Source: an uncultured Chloroflexia bacterium
GTDB lineage: Bacteria > Chloroflexota > Anaerolineae > Anaerolineales > UBA4823
DNA length: 64,000 nucleotides
NCBI GenBank assembly: GCA_963809805.1
Contig: CAWELB010000002.1
Span: 449,014-513,013 of the forward strand
Direction of reading: 5' to 3'
The notes below the pieces were generated by a model that made no database searches, was not told the origin of the DNA, and saw nothing but the letters and a program-made list of their open reading frames with translations. Positions within the stretch are counted from its first letter, which is position 1. Each line of letters begins with the position of its first letter. This document shows positions 9,078-18,063 of this stretch, piece by piece. A program made the translations under genes and the position numbers.

Positions 9078-9170
9078 GTGATTGGTCAATTAGGGATAAG
9101 GTAATTAGTAATAAGTGATCAGGTAATTAGGGGAGAGAAGTGATTAGTGATAAGTGATCAGGTAATTAGG
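9078..9170. repeat. 8-nt-phased short repeat tract (TTAGG/GTGAT-type units)
   Basis: Contains a perfect 20-nt direct repeat taagtgatcaggtaattagg at 9112-9131 and 9151-9170. It is embedded in gtgattag / gtaattag / ataaggta units. It shares atcaggtaattagg with the tract at 14251-14304. Confidence 0.8.
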
Positions 9171-9226
9171 AAGTTAACATAAAGGTCGAGAAATAATATG
9201 ATTATTAAATATATAGATCAATAATA

Positions 9227-9250
9227 GAAACCGGCATTTCTGCCGGTTTC
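9227..9250. terminator. Bidirectional-looking hairpin in the asnA-ileS spacer
   Basis: Arms gaaaccggca and tgccggtttc (10 bp) with loop tttc, and A/T-rich tracts on both sides. It lies about 360 nt downstream of asnA. Confidence 0.45.
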
Positions 9251-9609
9251 ATAATAATTTTCTATGATCAGTCTGGATGGATTATCCAGATCAGTGACCT
9301 GAATGGTCATTAGTTGATCAAAAAACTATCCCCCTTAAATTGGGTGGGTGGTAACTTGATTATTAGCTTACTCGGCGCCTCCTTTCTTATTCCATCAAAG
9401 AAGTTATTCGAAAGAACATGAAATTGGGAGCACCTCCTTTTTGTTATTTCCAGTTATGAACCGGTAATGATTCTATATTTCACAAATAACTCTAAAAACA
9501 TTATAGCAAACGCCGTAAAAAAGTAAATGACAGATTTGAAAGGGTCATCGAGTCCAATGATTCGGGGTGCGACACTTATAATTTTCGCCATATTCGACGA
9601 AGTTAATTG

Positions 9610-10650
9610 TTACAGCAAAGTGATGTTATGCGCCCGGCACGCTTTCACCATCTCCTCCGGCCACAGGCTGGATTGGATCTCGCCGATGTGCGCCTTGCGT
9701 AAGTAGAACATGCACAGTCGTGATTGGCCGATCCCACCGCCAATCGAAAGGGGCAGCTCACCATTCAGTAAGCGCCGGTGGAATAACAAAACTTTGCGCT
9801 CCAGGGCGCCGCGCAGCTCCAATTGACGCAATAAGGCAGATGGATCCACGCGAATGCCCATCGACGAAAGCTCGTAAGCACAGTCCAGCAGGGGATAGTA
9901 GACCAGGATGTCACCATTCAGGCCTTTGTACCCATTAAATGTCGGCGTAGACCAATCGTCATAGTCCGGGGCACGACCATCGTGGGGAATACCGCCAGGC
10001 AGATCAGCACCGATACCAATCACGAAGACCGCTCTGAATTCTTTACAAACCGCAAGCTCACGCTCTTTGGGAGCCAGGGCGGGATAGCGTTTTTCGAGTT
10101 CTTCACTGTGGATGAAGGTGATTTGATCGGGCAGGGAGGGTGATATTTCTGGATATAAATGGCTGATGTACAGTTCCGTTCGGCGGATGACATCATATAT
10201 CTTATTCACCACATGCTTCAAGAATTCCACATTCCGGTCTTCCGGGGTTATCACCCGTTCCCAATCCCACTGGTCCACATAGATTGAATGCAGGCTGTCC
10301 AGCTGCTCATCCGGGCGGATGGCATTCATATCGGTGTATAAACCTTCACCAGGCTGAAGGTCAAAGTCAGCCAACTGCAGACGCTTCCATTTGGCAAGTG
10401 ATTGCACGATCTCAGCGCGGCTATCCTGCATCGACTTGATCGGGAAGCTCACCGGTCGTTCGACACCGTTGAGATCATCATTGATCCCTGTTCCGGAGAG
10501 CACAAAAAGCGGGGCGGTCACACGGATCAAATTCAATTCGAAAGCCAGGTTAGTTTGGAAGAACTCCTTGATTTGACGGATCGCAAGCTCAGTCTGGCGC
10601 AATCCCAGCAAGGGCTGATAGTCTTGCGGGAATGATATGGGTGCTTCCAT
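9610..10650 (-). CDS. asnA: Aspartate--ammonia ligase (asparagine synthetase A)
   Basis: 346 aa. Near-colinear with the AsnA sequence as I remember it: SLAKWKR, VDQWDWERV, RAPDYDDWSTP, LNGDILV, ELSSMGIRVD, GGGIGQSRL. Confidence 0.93.
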   Translation of the reverse strand: MEAPISFPQDYQPLLGLRQTELAIRQIKEFFQTNLAFELNLIRVTAPLFVLSGTGINDDLNGVERPVSFPIKSMQDSRAEIVQSLAKWKRLQLADFDLQPGEGLYTDMNAIRPDEQLDSLHSIYVDQWDWERVITPEDRNVEFLKHVVNKIYDVIRRTELYISHLYPEISPSLPDQITFIHSEELEKRYPALAPKERELAVCKEFRAVFVIGIGADLPGGIPHDGRAPDYDDWSTPTFNGYKGLNGDILVYYPLLDCAYELSSMGIRVDPSALLRQLELRGALERKVLLFHRRLLNGELPLSIGGGIGQSRLCMFYLRKAHIGEIQSSLWPEEMVKACRAHNITLL

Positions 10651-10938
10651 AATGGTCCTCCCTTGATGATGAAATCCCTGGTTACCGGATGGGTTGGAGC
10701 TGCTTCCATGCGCGCTGCCCGATTTGGTTTTGAACAGAAATCTTCATGGATGCTACTGTGCCTGGATAATTGGTCGATTATATCACCCGCGGTTTAGGAG
10801 TAATGGGGGAGATAAATGATTCACTGCCGATAGCGAACTAATTTATCCCGACATGAGCTGAGGAACTATCTTTGGGGAGGGATTAATTCTGATGGATTGG
10901 AGAAGAATCGCAGAGTTTGCTGATCTGATTTTATCCGG

Positions 10939-11427
10939 TCATGCATGCATGTAGCGCTTGTTCAGCCTGACCGCCAGGAGGATCACGGATAGGCTCAGCA
11001 GGAACATGAATATTCCTTGCTGGAACCGAATACCCATCCCGGCAGTGCGGAAGTACATCACACCTGCCAGCAGGTAGAGCAAGCCGGCTCCGACGACCAG
11101 ACCTGCACCCAGCCATAGGACGAAATGCAGCTCGGGCAGCCACAACGATAACAATCCGTATAACAACACCAGTGCAGCGCAATAGAAACAGATCTCCGCT
11201 AACGTAAACCATGAATCGGCATCCGTCAGCACTTGTGGGAAGGGGATCAAAAATGCCGGCTGAAGCCTGGGGAGCTGTTTGACAATGGTGATCAAAATCA
11301 GGACCACATCCAGGATGGCGATTCCAAGGGCGAACGTATAACGCGCCGGTTGTTGATAATGATTTGTGGTGACCATAGAATTTTTACACTCCAAGCAATT
11401 AATTTCGGTAGATTGTGCAATTTGCAT
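10939..11427 (-). CDS. Hypothetical integral membrane protein
   Basis: 162-aa ORF with 4-5 hydrophobic helices. No motif recognised. The start is uncertain (internal ATG at 11376). Confidence 0.55.
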   Translation of the reverse strand: MQIAQSTEINCLECKNSMVTTNHYQQPARYTFALGIAILDVVLILITIVKQLPRLQPAFLIPFPQVLTDADSWFTLAEICFYCAALVLLYGLLSLWLPELHFVLWLGAGLVVGAGLLYLLAGVMYFRTAGMGIRFQQGIFMFLLSLSVILLAVRLNKRYMHA

Positions 11428-11500
11428 ACCATTACAAGCTGAAGCGAGTGGGCGGGTGTAAAATTAAGACCATGCAATTGTTTAAAAATCCTTTTGCCAG

Positions 11501-12223
11501 GTGAGCCTTATGGCCTTTTTATCATACCTGTTGATGCAGCTTTTGGCTGCTTACACTGTGCTGGTCGAACCTATTGTGCGCACCAACTTCTACCGCATGT
11601 TGAAGAAGCAGCTGAAGATCGATCCCAGCGCCCGCCTGCTGTTCTATCGCACCCAGGTATTATGGGAGTGGAGCTGGGTGGTGGTGCTGATCTTGATCGT
11701 GATTCCGATCAAAGCCCCTCTACAGTGGTTGGGTCTGGTGCAACCCAACCTGATTGGATGGATCATCTTATTGGCTCTGCTGGTGGGGGTCGTTTTATCC
11801 ATCGTGTTGCTCAGGAGCAGCCCAAGGGCTTTGGCTGCCATGCGGCGCAGCCTGGAAAGCAGCTCAATCCTGCTGCCTTCCACCGCCGCGGAGCGTAAAT
11901 GGTTTGCGATCACGGCAATTACTGCGGGCATCTGTGAAGAGCTGCTTTACCGCGGTTTCTTAATGTCCTATATTCCCACGATATTCCCAATGTTTGCCAG
12001 GCAATTCGTTGTTATATCCATCATTTCAGGCGTTGTTTACGGGTTAAGCCGGGCATATCTTGGATTCCGGGGGATATCTCAGGCCGCACTGACGGGTTTC
12101 AGCTTTGCAATTGTTTACTTTTTGGGTGGCAGCCTGATTCCGGCCATCGTTGTGCACGCCCTGGTGGAGCTGCGCACGCTCATTTTATTACCAGTGGAAG
12201 TTCAAAAGAAGAAATCGTCGTAA
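11501..12223 (+). CDS. CPBP-family intramembrane glutamic endopeptidase (CAAX protease-like)
   Basis: EELLYRGF motif (ICEELLYRGFLMSY), a later FxxxH-type motif (HALVE) and multiple TM helices. The start is GTG 11501 or ATG 11510. Confidence 0.8.
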   Translation: MSLMAFLSYLLMQLLAAYTVLVEPIVRTNFYRMLKKQLKIDPSARLLFYRTQVLWEWSWVVVLILIVIPIKAPLQWLGLVQPNLIGWIILLALLVGVVLSIVLLRSSPRALAAMRRSLESSSILLPSTAAERKWFAITAITAGICEELLYRGFLMSYIPTIFPMFARQFVVISIISGVVYGLSRAYLGFRGISQAALTGFSFAIVYFLGGSLIPAIVVHALVELRTLILLPVEVQKKKSS

Positions 12224-12239
12224 TTTCTCTAAAAACAAT

Positions 12240-13454
12240 ATGCGCTCAGACATCCCGTTCCTGTTCGCCACCCGTATTATTCGCATGTTTGGATATGGCT
12301 TCTTATCGGTCGTATTGGCACTATACCTGGCACAGCGCGGTCTTTCAGAGGGCGAGATTGGCTTACTTCTCACCCTCACCCTGGCAGGTGACGCAGCCGT
12401 TACCCTGTGGCTCACCACTTCAGCGGACCGGATCGGCCGGCGGAGGATGCTGATCGTTGGGGCTGGGTTGATGATCATGGCAGGTGTGATCTTCAGCCTG
12501 ACGGGCAACTTCATCCTGCTGGTGGTGACCGCCATCATTGGGGTGATCAGTCCATCCGGGAATGAGATCGGTCCATTTCTCTCCATCGAACAAGCTGCCC
12601 TTTCCCAGCTCCTACCGGACGAAAAGCGCACCCAGATCTTTGCCTGGTACAACCTGGTGGGTTCCTTTGCCACCGCGACAGGCGCATTGGCAGGCGGTGG
12701 GTTGGCACAGCTTTTACAAGGCAGTGGCTACACCCCCCTGAATTCATACCGGGCGGTGGTGCTGGGATACACTCTGATCGGTGTGGTGCTAACCATCCTG
12801 TTCCTGAGGCTTTCGCAGGCGGTGGAAGCCCCCAAGCTGGTAGATGCTGTACCCATCCAGCGCAAGCTGGGGCTGCACAAATCGCGCGGGGTGGTGCTCA
12901 GGCTCTCGAGCCTGTTCGCCATCGATGCCTTCGCCGGTGGATTGGTGGTGCAGAGCATGGTGGCGTACTGGTTCAATATCAAATTCGGGGTTCAACCCGC
13001 CGTTTTGGGGAGCATCTTCTTCGGTGCCAACGTCCTGGCGGGGGTTTCTGCCCTGTCGGCGGCCTGGATCGCCAAACGCATCGGCCTGATCAACACGATG
13101 GTGTTCACCCACATCCCCTCCAACATCCTGCTCATCCTTGTGCCGTTCATGCCCACCCTGCCCCTGGCAATCGTGGCGCTCCTGCTCAGGTTTAGCATCT
13201 CACAAATGGATGTGCCGACCCGCCAATCGTATACCATGGCAGTGGTCAGTCCTGACGAGCGCTCGGCTGCCATGGGTGTGACCAGCATCTCCCGTTCGGT
13301 AGGGGCGACGCTTTCACCTGCCATCACCGGGCAGCTGCTGGCAGTTAGCAGCCTGATTGGGGCACCTTTTATGATCGCAGGTGGATTGAAGATCGTATAT
13401 GACCTGTTGGTATGGAGAGGTTTCAGGGCGGTAAAGCCACCGGAGGAGCGGTGA
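12240..13454 (+). CDS. MFS transporter
   Basis: About 12 TM helices. MFS loop 2-3 signature SADRIGRRRMLIVG. The ATG at 12240 avoids overlap with the CPBP gene; the track start 12150 is rejected. Confidence 0.85.
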   Translation: MRSDIPFLFATRIIRMFGYGFLSVVLALYLAQRGLSEGEIGLLLTLTLAGDAAVTLWLTTSADRIGRRRMLIVGAGLMIMAGVIFSLTGNFILLVVTAIIGVISPSGNEIGPFLSIEQAALSQLLPDEKRTQIFAWYNLVGSFATATGALAGGGLAQLLQGSGYTPLNSYRAVVLGYTLIGVVLTILFLRLSQAVEAPKLVDAVPIQRKLGLHKSRGVVLRLSSLFAIDAFAGGLVVQSMVAYWFNIKFGVQPAVLGSIFFGANVLAGVSALSAAWIAKRIGLINTMVFTHIPSNILLILVPFMPTLPLAIVALLLRFSISQMDVPTRQSYTMAVVSPDERSAAMGVTSISRSVGATLSPAITGQLLAVSSLIGAPFMIAGGLKIVYDLLVWRGFRAVKPPEER

Positions 13455-14224
13455 GCCTCACCTTTCGCTGGCTGGGTGTTGCGGGTGTGGAGCTCAAAGC
13501 AGGCGGGCAGGTGCTGGTGCTTGACCCATTCTTCACCCGTCCAACCATGCTGGAAATGTTACGTCCGGTTAAGCCCAATCCATCCTATGCCGCTGAAAAA
13601 ATCCCTGAATGCCAATATGTGTTGGTGACGCATTCGCATTACGATCACCTGCTGGATGTACCGGATGTGCTGCGGCTCACCGGGGCGATCGCCTACGGCT
13701 CATCCAACAGCTGCCAGCTGCTGCGACTACTTGGGGTACCAGCATCACAAATTCATGAGATTGGGGTAGGGGATAAGCTTTCACTGGGTGCGTTCAAAGT
13801 CAGTGTGATTGCCGGGCAACACAGCCATATCCCTTTTGAGAGGCAATTCAATGGCAAGCTCCGCCAAAACTTGCATCCTCCCCTGCGTGTGCAGGATTAT
13901 CGTATGGACGTCTGTCTGGGGTATTGCATCACCGTGATGGGTTCTCGCCTATTGATCTGTGCTGCTGAACCCCAACTTGCTGAAGTTCTCTTCGCGGTGG
14001 TGCAGGAATCCAAAAAACATTACCAGCGCTTGTTCCGTGGAACTGTCCCGCATACTTTCATTCCGATCCACTGGGATAATTTCACCCGCCCGCTGCACAA
14101 ACCACTGAAAAGGTTCACCAGACCCGGCAGGATGCCTCTGTGGCAGCTAACCAGGCTGGCGCGCCAATCCCTGCCTGGGGTGGATGTGATCATCCCGGAG
14201 ATTTTCAGGGAGTATGAGTTATAG
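13451..14224 (+). CDS. MBL-fold metallo-hydrolase
   Basis: HSHYDH (HxHxDH) zinc motif. N-terminus LTFRWLGVAGVELK is typical of the family. GTG 13451 overlaps the MFS stop (GTGA). The track start is 13412. Confidence 0.8.
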   Translation: MSLTFRWLGVAGVELKAGGQVLVLDPFFTRPTMLEMLRPVKPNPSYAAEKIPECQYVLVTHSHYDHLLDVPDVLRLTGAIAYGSSNSCQLLRLLGVPASQIHEIGVGDKLSLGAFKVSVIAGQHSHIPFERQFNGKLRQNLHPPLRVQDYRMDVCLGYCITVMGSRLLICAAEPQLAEVLFAVVQESKKHYQRLFRGTVPHTFIPIHWDNFTRPLHKPLKRFTRPGRMPLWQLTRLARQSLPGVDVIIPEIFREYEL

Positions 14225-14250
14225 TGATCCGGTAAAAGTACAAACCGGAC

Positions 14251-14304
14251 GGTTAGGCAATTAGTGATTAGGCTATCAGGTAATTAGGCAATTAGGTAAT
14301 TAGG
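14251..14304. repeat. 8-nt-phased TTAGGNAA repeat tract flanked by direct repeats
   Basis: ttaggcaa/ttagtga/ttaggcta/tcaggtaa/ttaggcaa/ttaggtaa/ttagg. Flanked by acaaaccggacggttagg (14240-14257) and acaaaaccggacaggtaagg (14311-14330). Confidence 0.8.
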
Positions 14305-14528
14305 AAAGAGACAAAACCGGACAGGTAAGGCGGTCAGGTAGATAAGAAAAAAGTCTCATCCGAGTCTAAGGATATTTGCTCAATCTCTAATTATGATAGC
14401 ATTATACTTACCCCCGACAGCTGCTGATAATAAGTATTGATGGTGCGGCGATTTCAATCTGGAGGGTGGATTATCACGTATGATAGATTATAGATGGTGT
14501 AAATATTAGGAGCCGGATAGAAATCAAC

Positions 14529-15851
14529 ATGCCCAAAGTTGCCCTGATATTCCCGTATTTCCGCACAAAGTCATCCACCGAGATGTTATTCCCACCGCTG
14601 GGGGCTGCCAGTCTTTTAGCACAGCTTAACCAGCGCCATATTGAAACGCGCATCTTTGATTGCACCTTCCAGACTTTTTCGCGGGTGGCAAAAGCACTCA
14701 TCGCCTACCAACCGGATATCGTGGGTGTCTCATCCATGATTTTATTGAGCCGGAATACCTTTCGTTTTGCCGAGCTGGTGCGCAGGCATCTGCCCGAGGC
14801 ATTACTGGTGGTGGGAGGTCCAATGCCCACACTGTACCCCGAGCGCTACAACGGAGCATTCGACCTGGTTTTCCGAGGCGAAGCTGACCTGAGTTTCCCG
14901 GATTTCTGCCAGGATTACTTTGCGAACCAGGCGGGTAGGAAGACATTGTATAAGCTCGACCTGGCAAAATATCCTGGCTTGTTTAGTCGCAACCTGGATG
15001 TCTCTGTGGATAACCCAATCATCCATTACAGCACACAGGAAATCCGCAATTTCCCGATCCCCGACCGGAGCCAATTCGATCATGCTTCTTATCAAAAAGC
15101 CTGGCTGGAAAAGAATGGCTCCCGCACCACTTCCATCATGATCACCCTAGGCTGCCCCTTCGATTGTGACTTTTGCTCACGTCCGGTATTCGGACACTTA
15201 TACCGGAAACGCAACCTTTTCGTGGTTTTCGAAGAGATCCGCCAGATCAAACAGCTGGGGTACGACCAACTGTGGATCGCCGATGATAATTTCACCCTGA
15301 ATTTATCCCTGTTGCGGCAGTTCTGCGAGCGCATGCTTGGCATGGAAATGAAGTGGAGCTGCCTGTCGCGCTCCACGGGCATCACCGAGGAGATAGCGAA
15401 GTTGATGAAGGCTTCAGGCTGCCAGAGGGTGTATTTGGGTCTAGAATCGGGCAGCGATGAAACATTGCGCCTGATGAATAAGAAAGCCACACTGGATGAT
15501 GCCATCCAGGCTGTGGATCATTTTCGTCAGGCGGGCATCGAAGTGGCAGCATTCTTTATTGTTGGATATCCGGGCGAGACGCCCGCGAGCATTGAACGAA
15601 CATTTAAGCTAGCACTCGAACTCCCCCTGAATGAAATCTCCTTCAATGTACCGTTTCCACTGCCGGGTTCGGCGCTTTTCGACCGGGTTAGCGGGATAGA
15701 CCCTGACAAGGACTGGAGCAAGGAGAATGACGTCACCTTTGTTTACAACTCAGAATTCGACCCCCTATGGCTGAAGCGCCGTATTCACCAGACGATGCGG
15801 GCATACAATCTACGCAACAGGCAATCCCCGGCACCCTTATCAGGGCTTTAG
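14529..15851 (+). CDS. B12-binding-domain radical SAM protein (class B)
   Basis: 440 aa. N-terminal Rossmann-like B12-binding region (KVALIFPYF...PPLGAASL). Radical SAM cluster motif CPFDCDFC. Paralogous to 15848..17230. Confidence 0.88.
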   Translation: MPKVALIFPYFRTKSSTEMLFPPLGAASLLAQLNQRHIETRIFDCTFQTFSRVAKALIAYQPDIVGVSSMILLSRNTFRFAELVRRHLPEALLVVGGPMPTLYPERYNGAFDLVFRGEADLSFPDFCQDYFANQAGRKTLYKLDLAKYPGLFSRNLDVSVDNPIIHYSTQEIRNFPIPDRSQFDHASYQKAWLEKNGSRTTSIMITLGCPFDCDFCSRPVFGHLYRKRNLFVVFEEIRQIKQLGYDQLWIADDNFTLNLSLLRQFCERMLGMEMKWSCLSRSTGITEEIAKLMKASGCQRVYLGLESGSDETLRLMNKKATLDDAIQAVDHFRQAGIEVAAFFIVGYPGETPASIERTFKLALELPLNEISFNVPFPLPGSALFDRVSGIDPDKDWSKENDVTFVYNSEFDPLWLKRRIHQTMRAYNLRNRQSPAPLSGL

Positions 15852-17230
15852 TGGAGCCGGATTAACAACCAGTCGGTGGTCGCTTCAAATAGTTTCAGGA
15901 TAAACGCTGCCAGTTTCCCCAACCTGCGTAATCTTCGTTTAATTTCAAACTGAGCCCGACCCTTGATGATCCCAAACCACATCTTGGTTTCTGAAAAGTC
16001 GGCATTATAGATGAGCACGTGGCTGCCGAACACACTATCACCCTGGTGCCAGTCGCGCTTGATCTGCCCTTTAACTCGTTCGTATAGTTTCGTACCGGGT
16101 AACGGGTATGGCATGGTCAGCCCGAGATAATCCAATGGCAGGGAGGTGGCGAAATGCAGTGTGTTCAACACGGTTTGATTGGTCTCACCAGGGTAGAAGA
16201 GGATGAAAAATGCGCCCACTTCCAACCCGGCCTGGTGAGCTGCCTGCACCGCCTGTCTTGCCTTCTCGGCGGAGATCTTCTTGTTCATCAGCTTCAATAC
16301 CGTGTCATCGCCTGATTCAATCCCGAAGTACACCCGCCTGCACCCTGCCCGGTACATCTCCACATACGTGGCGGCGTTGATTGAATCGACGCGCGCCAGG
16401 CATTCCCATTTGAACAGCAATTTCCTTTGCTTGATCTCCTCGCACACTTCCAACACCCTTTTTTGGCGCATCGTGAAGACGTCGTCCGCAAAGGAGATGC
16501 GGTCGTAGCCGAACGATAAAGCCTGCTCGATCTCATCCACCACATTCCTGGCGGAGCGCTCGCGGTAAGAGCCCCCAAATATGACGTTACTGCAAAACTC
16601 GCAGTCATAGGGGCAGCCGCGCGTGCTCATCACCGTGGTGATGGAGTAGCCGTATTGCTTTTGCCCAAATTGGATATAGCTTTTGTTCGGCAGCAGCTGA
16701 CGGGCAGGGAAGGGCAGACCGTCCAGGTTTTTATTGAAGGATCGATCAGGGTTGGTAATGGTCTTTGAAGATACCTTGCCTTCCACGATGTTCTTCTGCA
16801 AATAGGTGATGCCTGTGACGTGGCTGTAATCACCCCCAGCTGCATATGCCTGGAGCAGCTCCAGCGCCGTGTTTTCCCCTTCACCACGAACGACCACATC
16901 AAAATCTTCCACGAAGGCATGTGGGTCACAGGTGGCGAGCGGACCACCCACCAACAGCAAGCGGGCGCTGAGGCGCAGCTGCCTGGCAAGCCACAGGCAG
17001 TCATCCCGCATGGTCACCATGCAATAGAGACCCACCACTTCCGCGTGGGCGTCGAAAGCCTGTTGTAAAGCATCCGCTTTATTCATGAACGTACAATCAA
17101 TGATTTGCACTTCATGACCGGCTTCGAGCAGGCTGGATGCAAGATAGCTGACCCCCAGGGGTGGGAAGCGGAAGACCGAACGATCATTCGGAGGTCTGAA
17201 ATACGGGTAGATCAGCAATACCTTGCTCAT
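15848..17230 (-). CDS. B12-binding-domain radical SAM protein (class B), paralog
   Basis: 460 aa. KVLLIYPYF...PPLGVSYL, CPYDCEFC. Overlaps the next upstream gene by 4 nt. Its stop overlaps the stop of the convergent paralog. Confidence 0.88.
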   Translation of the reverse strand: MSKVLLIYPYFRPPNDRSVFRFPPLGVSYLASSLLEAGHEVQIIDCTFMNKADALQQAFDAHAEVVGLYCMVTMRDDCLWLARQLRLSARLLLVGGPLATCDPHAFVEDFDVVVRGEGENTALELLQAYAAGGDYSHVTGITYLQKNIVEGKVSSKTITNPDRSFNKNLDGLPFPARQLLPNKSYIQFGQKQYGYSITTVMSTRGCPYDCEFCSNVIFGGSYRERSARNVVDEIEQALSFGYDRISFADDVFTMRQKRVLEVCEEIKQRKLLFKWECLARVDSINAATYVEMYRAGCRRVYFGIESGDDTVLKLMNKKISAEKARQAVQAAHQAGLEVGAFFILFYPGETNQTVLNTLHFATSLPLDYLGLTMPYPLPGTKLYERVKGQIKRDWHQGDSVFGSHVLIYNADFSETKMWFGIIKGRAQFEIKRRLRRLGKLAAFILKLFEATTDWLLIRLH

Positions 17231-18063
17231 GACAGCCTTTTCAGGGTGATTTCATATTTGAAGTGCTCCAGGTTGGGCGGGAAAGTATATCCGAACCCCG
17301 ACCAAGCCAGACGAGTTCCGATCAGCTCCCTGCCCCGGAAGAGACTGGCTCCGCTGACCTGGGAAAGGCCAAATGAAACCTTCTGCCGGGTGCTGATAAA
17401 TGCCGCACTGGCAGAGGTGACTTCATCCCAACAGCCGACATCTTTTCCATCCATGGATCTACCATCTACTTCCTGGTAGCGGTCGAAATGATGGGCACCC
17501 TGCTCATTCATGATGATGATTTCGCTGATGTGGTCAGGAATGATATCCTGTCCCAGCAGCTCAACCTGGATCATGCCTGCAGCAGCATCGATGCGATAAG
17601 CTATGTTCACGTGGGTGAAATAATCCGTTGGCTCATAGGTGGTTTTTAGGTCAAAAGTGGAACGCAGTAGGCTGGATGTGCCGGTGAGCAGCTTGCGTAC
17701 AAGGGGCAGATGGCGGATCAATGCCGCCAACCTGTTCTTACCGGCGTACACCAGGCGGCTGTTGATCGTGCCCGAACCGGTCCGAGAAATCTTCTCCTCC
17801 AGGTTCAGCTTATAACGCGCCGCGAACGTACCCGGTGCACCACCTTCATCTGAGTACAGCTCCACCTCGCCAGGGAAGATGGTTTGCAAGCCGCGCTTCA
17901 GAATGGGTACCCCAAATCCAACTGCTTCTTCTGATAAATCTTCGCCATCGCAAACCAGCACCAATCCCTTTTGCAGCCTCCCAGTGGGGTAGGAGCTATT
18001 CCCGATGGCGCCCGCAGCAATTCGCAGGCTAATCCCGTCGGATAAGGTAAAGTCTAATTTCAT
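17227..18063 (-). CDS. Hypothetical soluble protein, no motif recognised
   Basis: 278-aa ORF with 4-nt overlaps to both neighbours, indicating translational coupling in the operon. Confidence 0.6.
   Translation of the reverse strand: MKLDFTLSDGISLRIAAGAIGNSSYPTGRLQKGLVLVCDGEDLSEEAVGFGVPILKRGLQTIFPGEVELYSDEGGAPGTFAARYKLNLEEKISRTGSGTINSRLVYAGKNRLAALIRHLPLVRKLLTGTSSLLRSTFDLKTTYEPTDYFTHVNIAYRIDAAAGMIQVELLGQDIIPDHISEIIIMNEQGAHHFDRYQEVDGRSMDGKDVGCWDEVTSASAAFISTRQKVSFGLSQVSGASLFRGRELIGTRLAWSGFGYTFPPNLEHFKYEITLKRLS

Noticed and set aside
9078-9170. Repeat tracts at 9078-9170 and 14251-14304 as CRISPR arrays.
   Set aside because: The period is about 8 nt, with no 25-40-nt repeat/spacer alternation and no cas genes.
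12150-12239. The track start of the MFS gene at 12150, overlapping the CPBP gene by 74 nt.
   Set aside because: The N-terminal 30 aa are non-hydrophobic, basic junk read from the CPBP 3' end. ATG 12240 gives a typical MFS N-terminus.
14480-14509. A 9-codon mini-ORF (MIDYRWCKY) after GGAGGG, directly upstream of the first radical SAM gene, as a RiPP precursor.
   Set aside because: It is far too short for a leader plus core. The SD spacing is long (13 nt). No other RiPP hallmarks (protease, transporter, RRE domain) are recognised nearby. It is kept only as a note.
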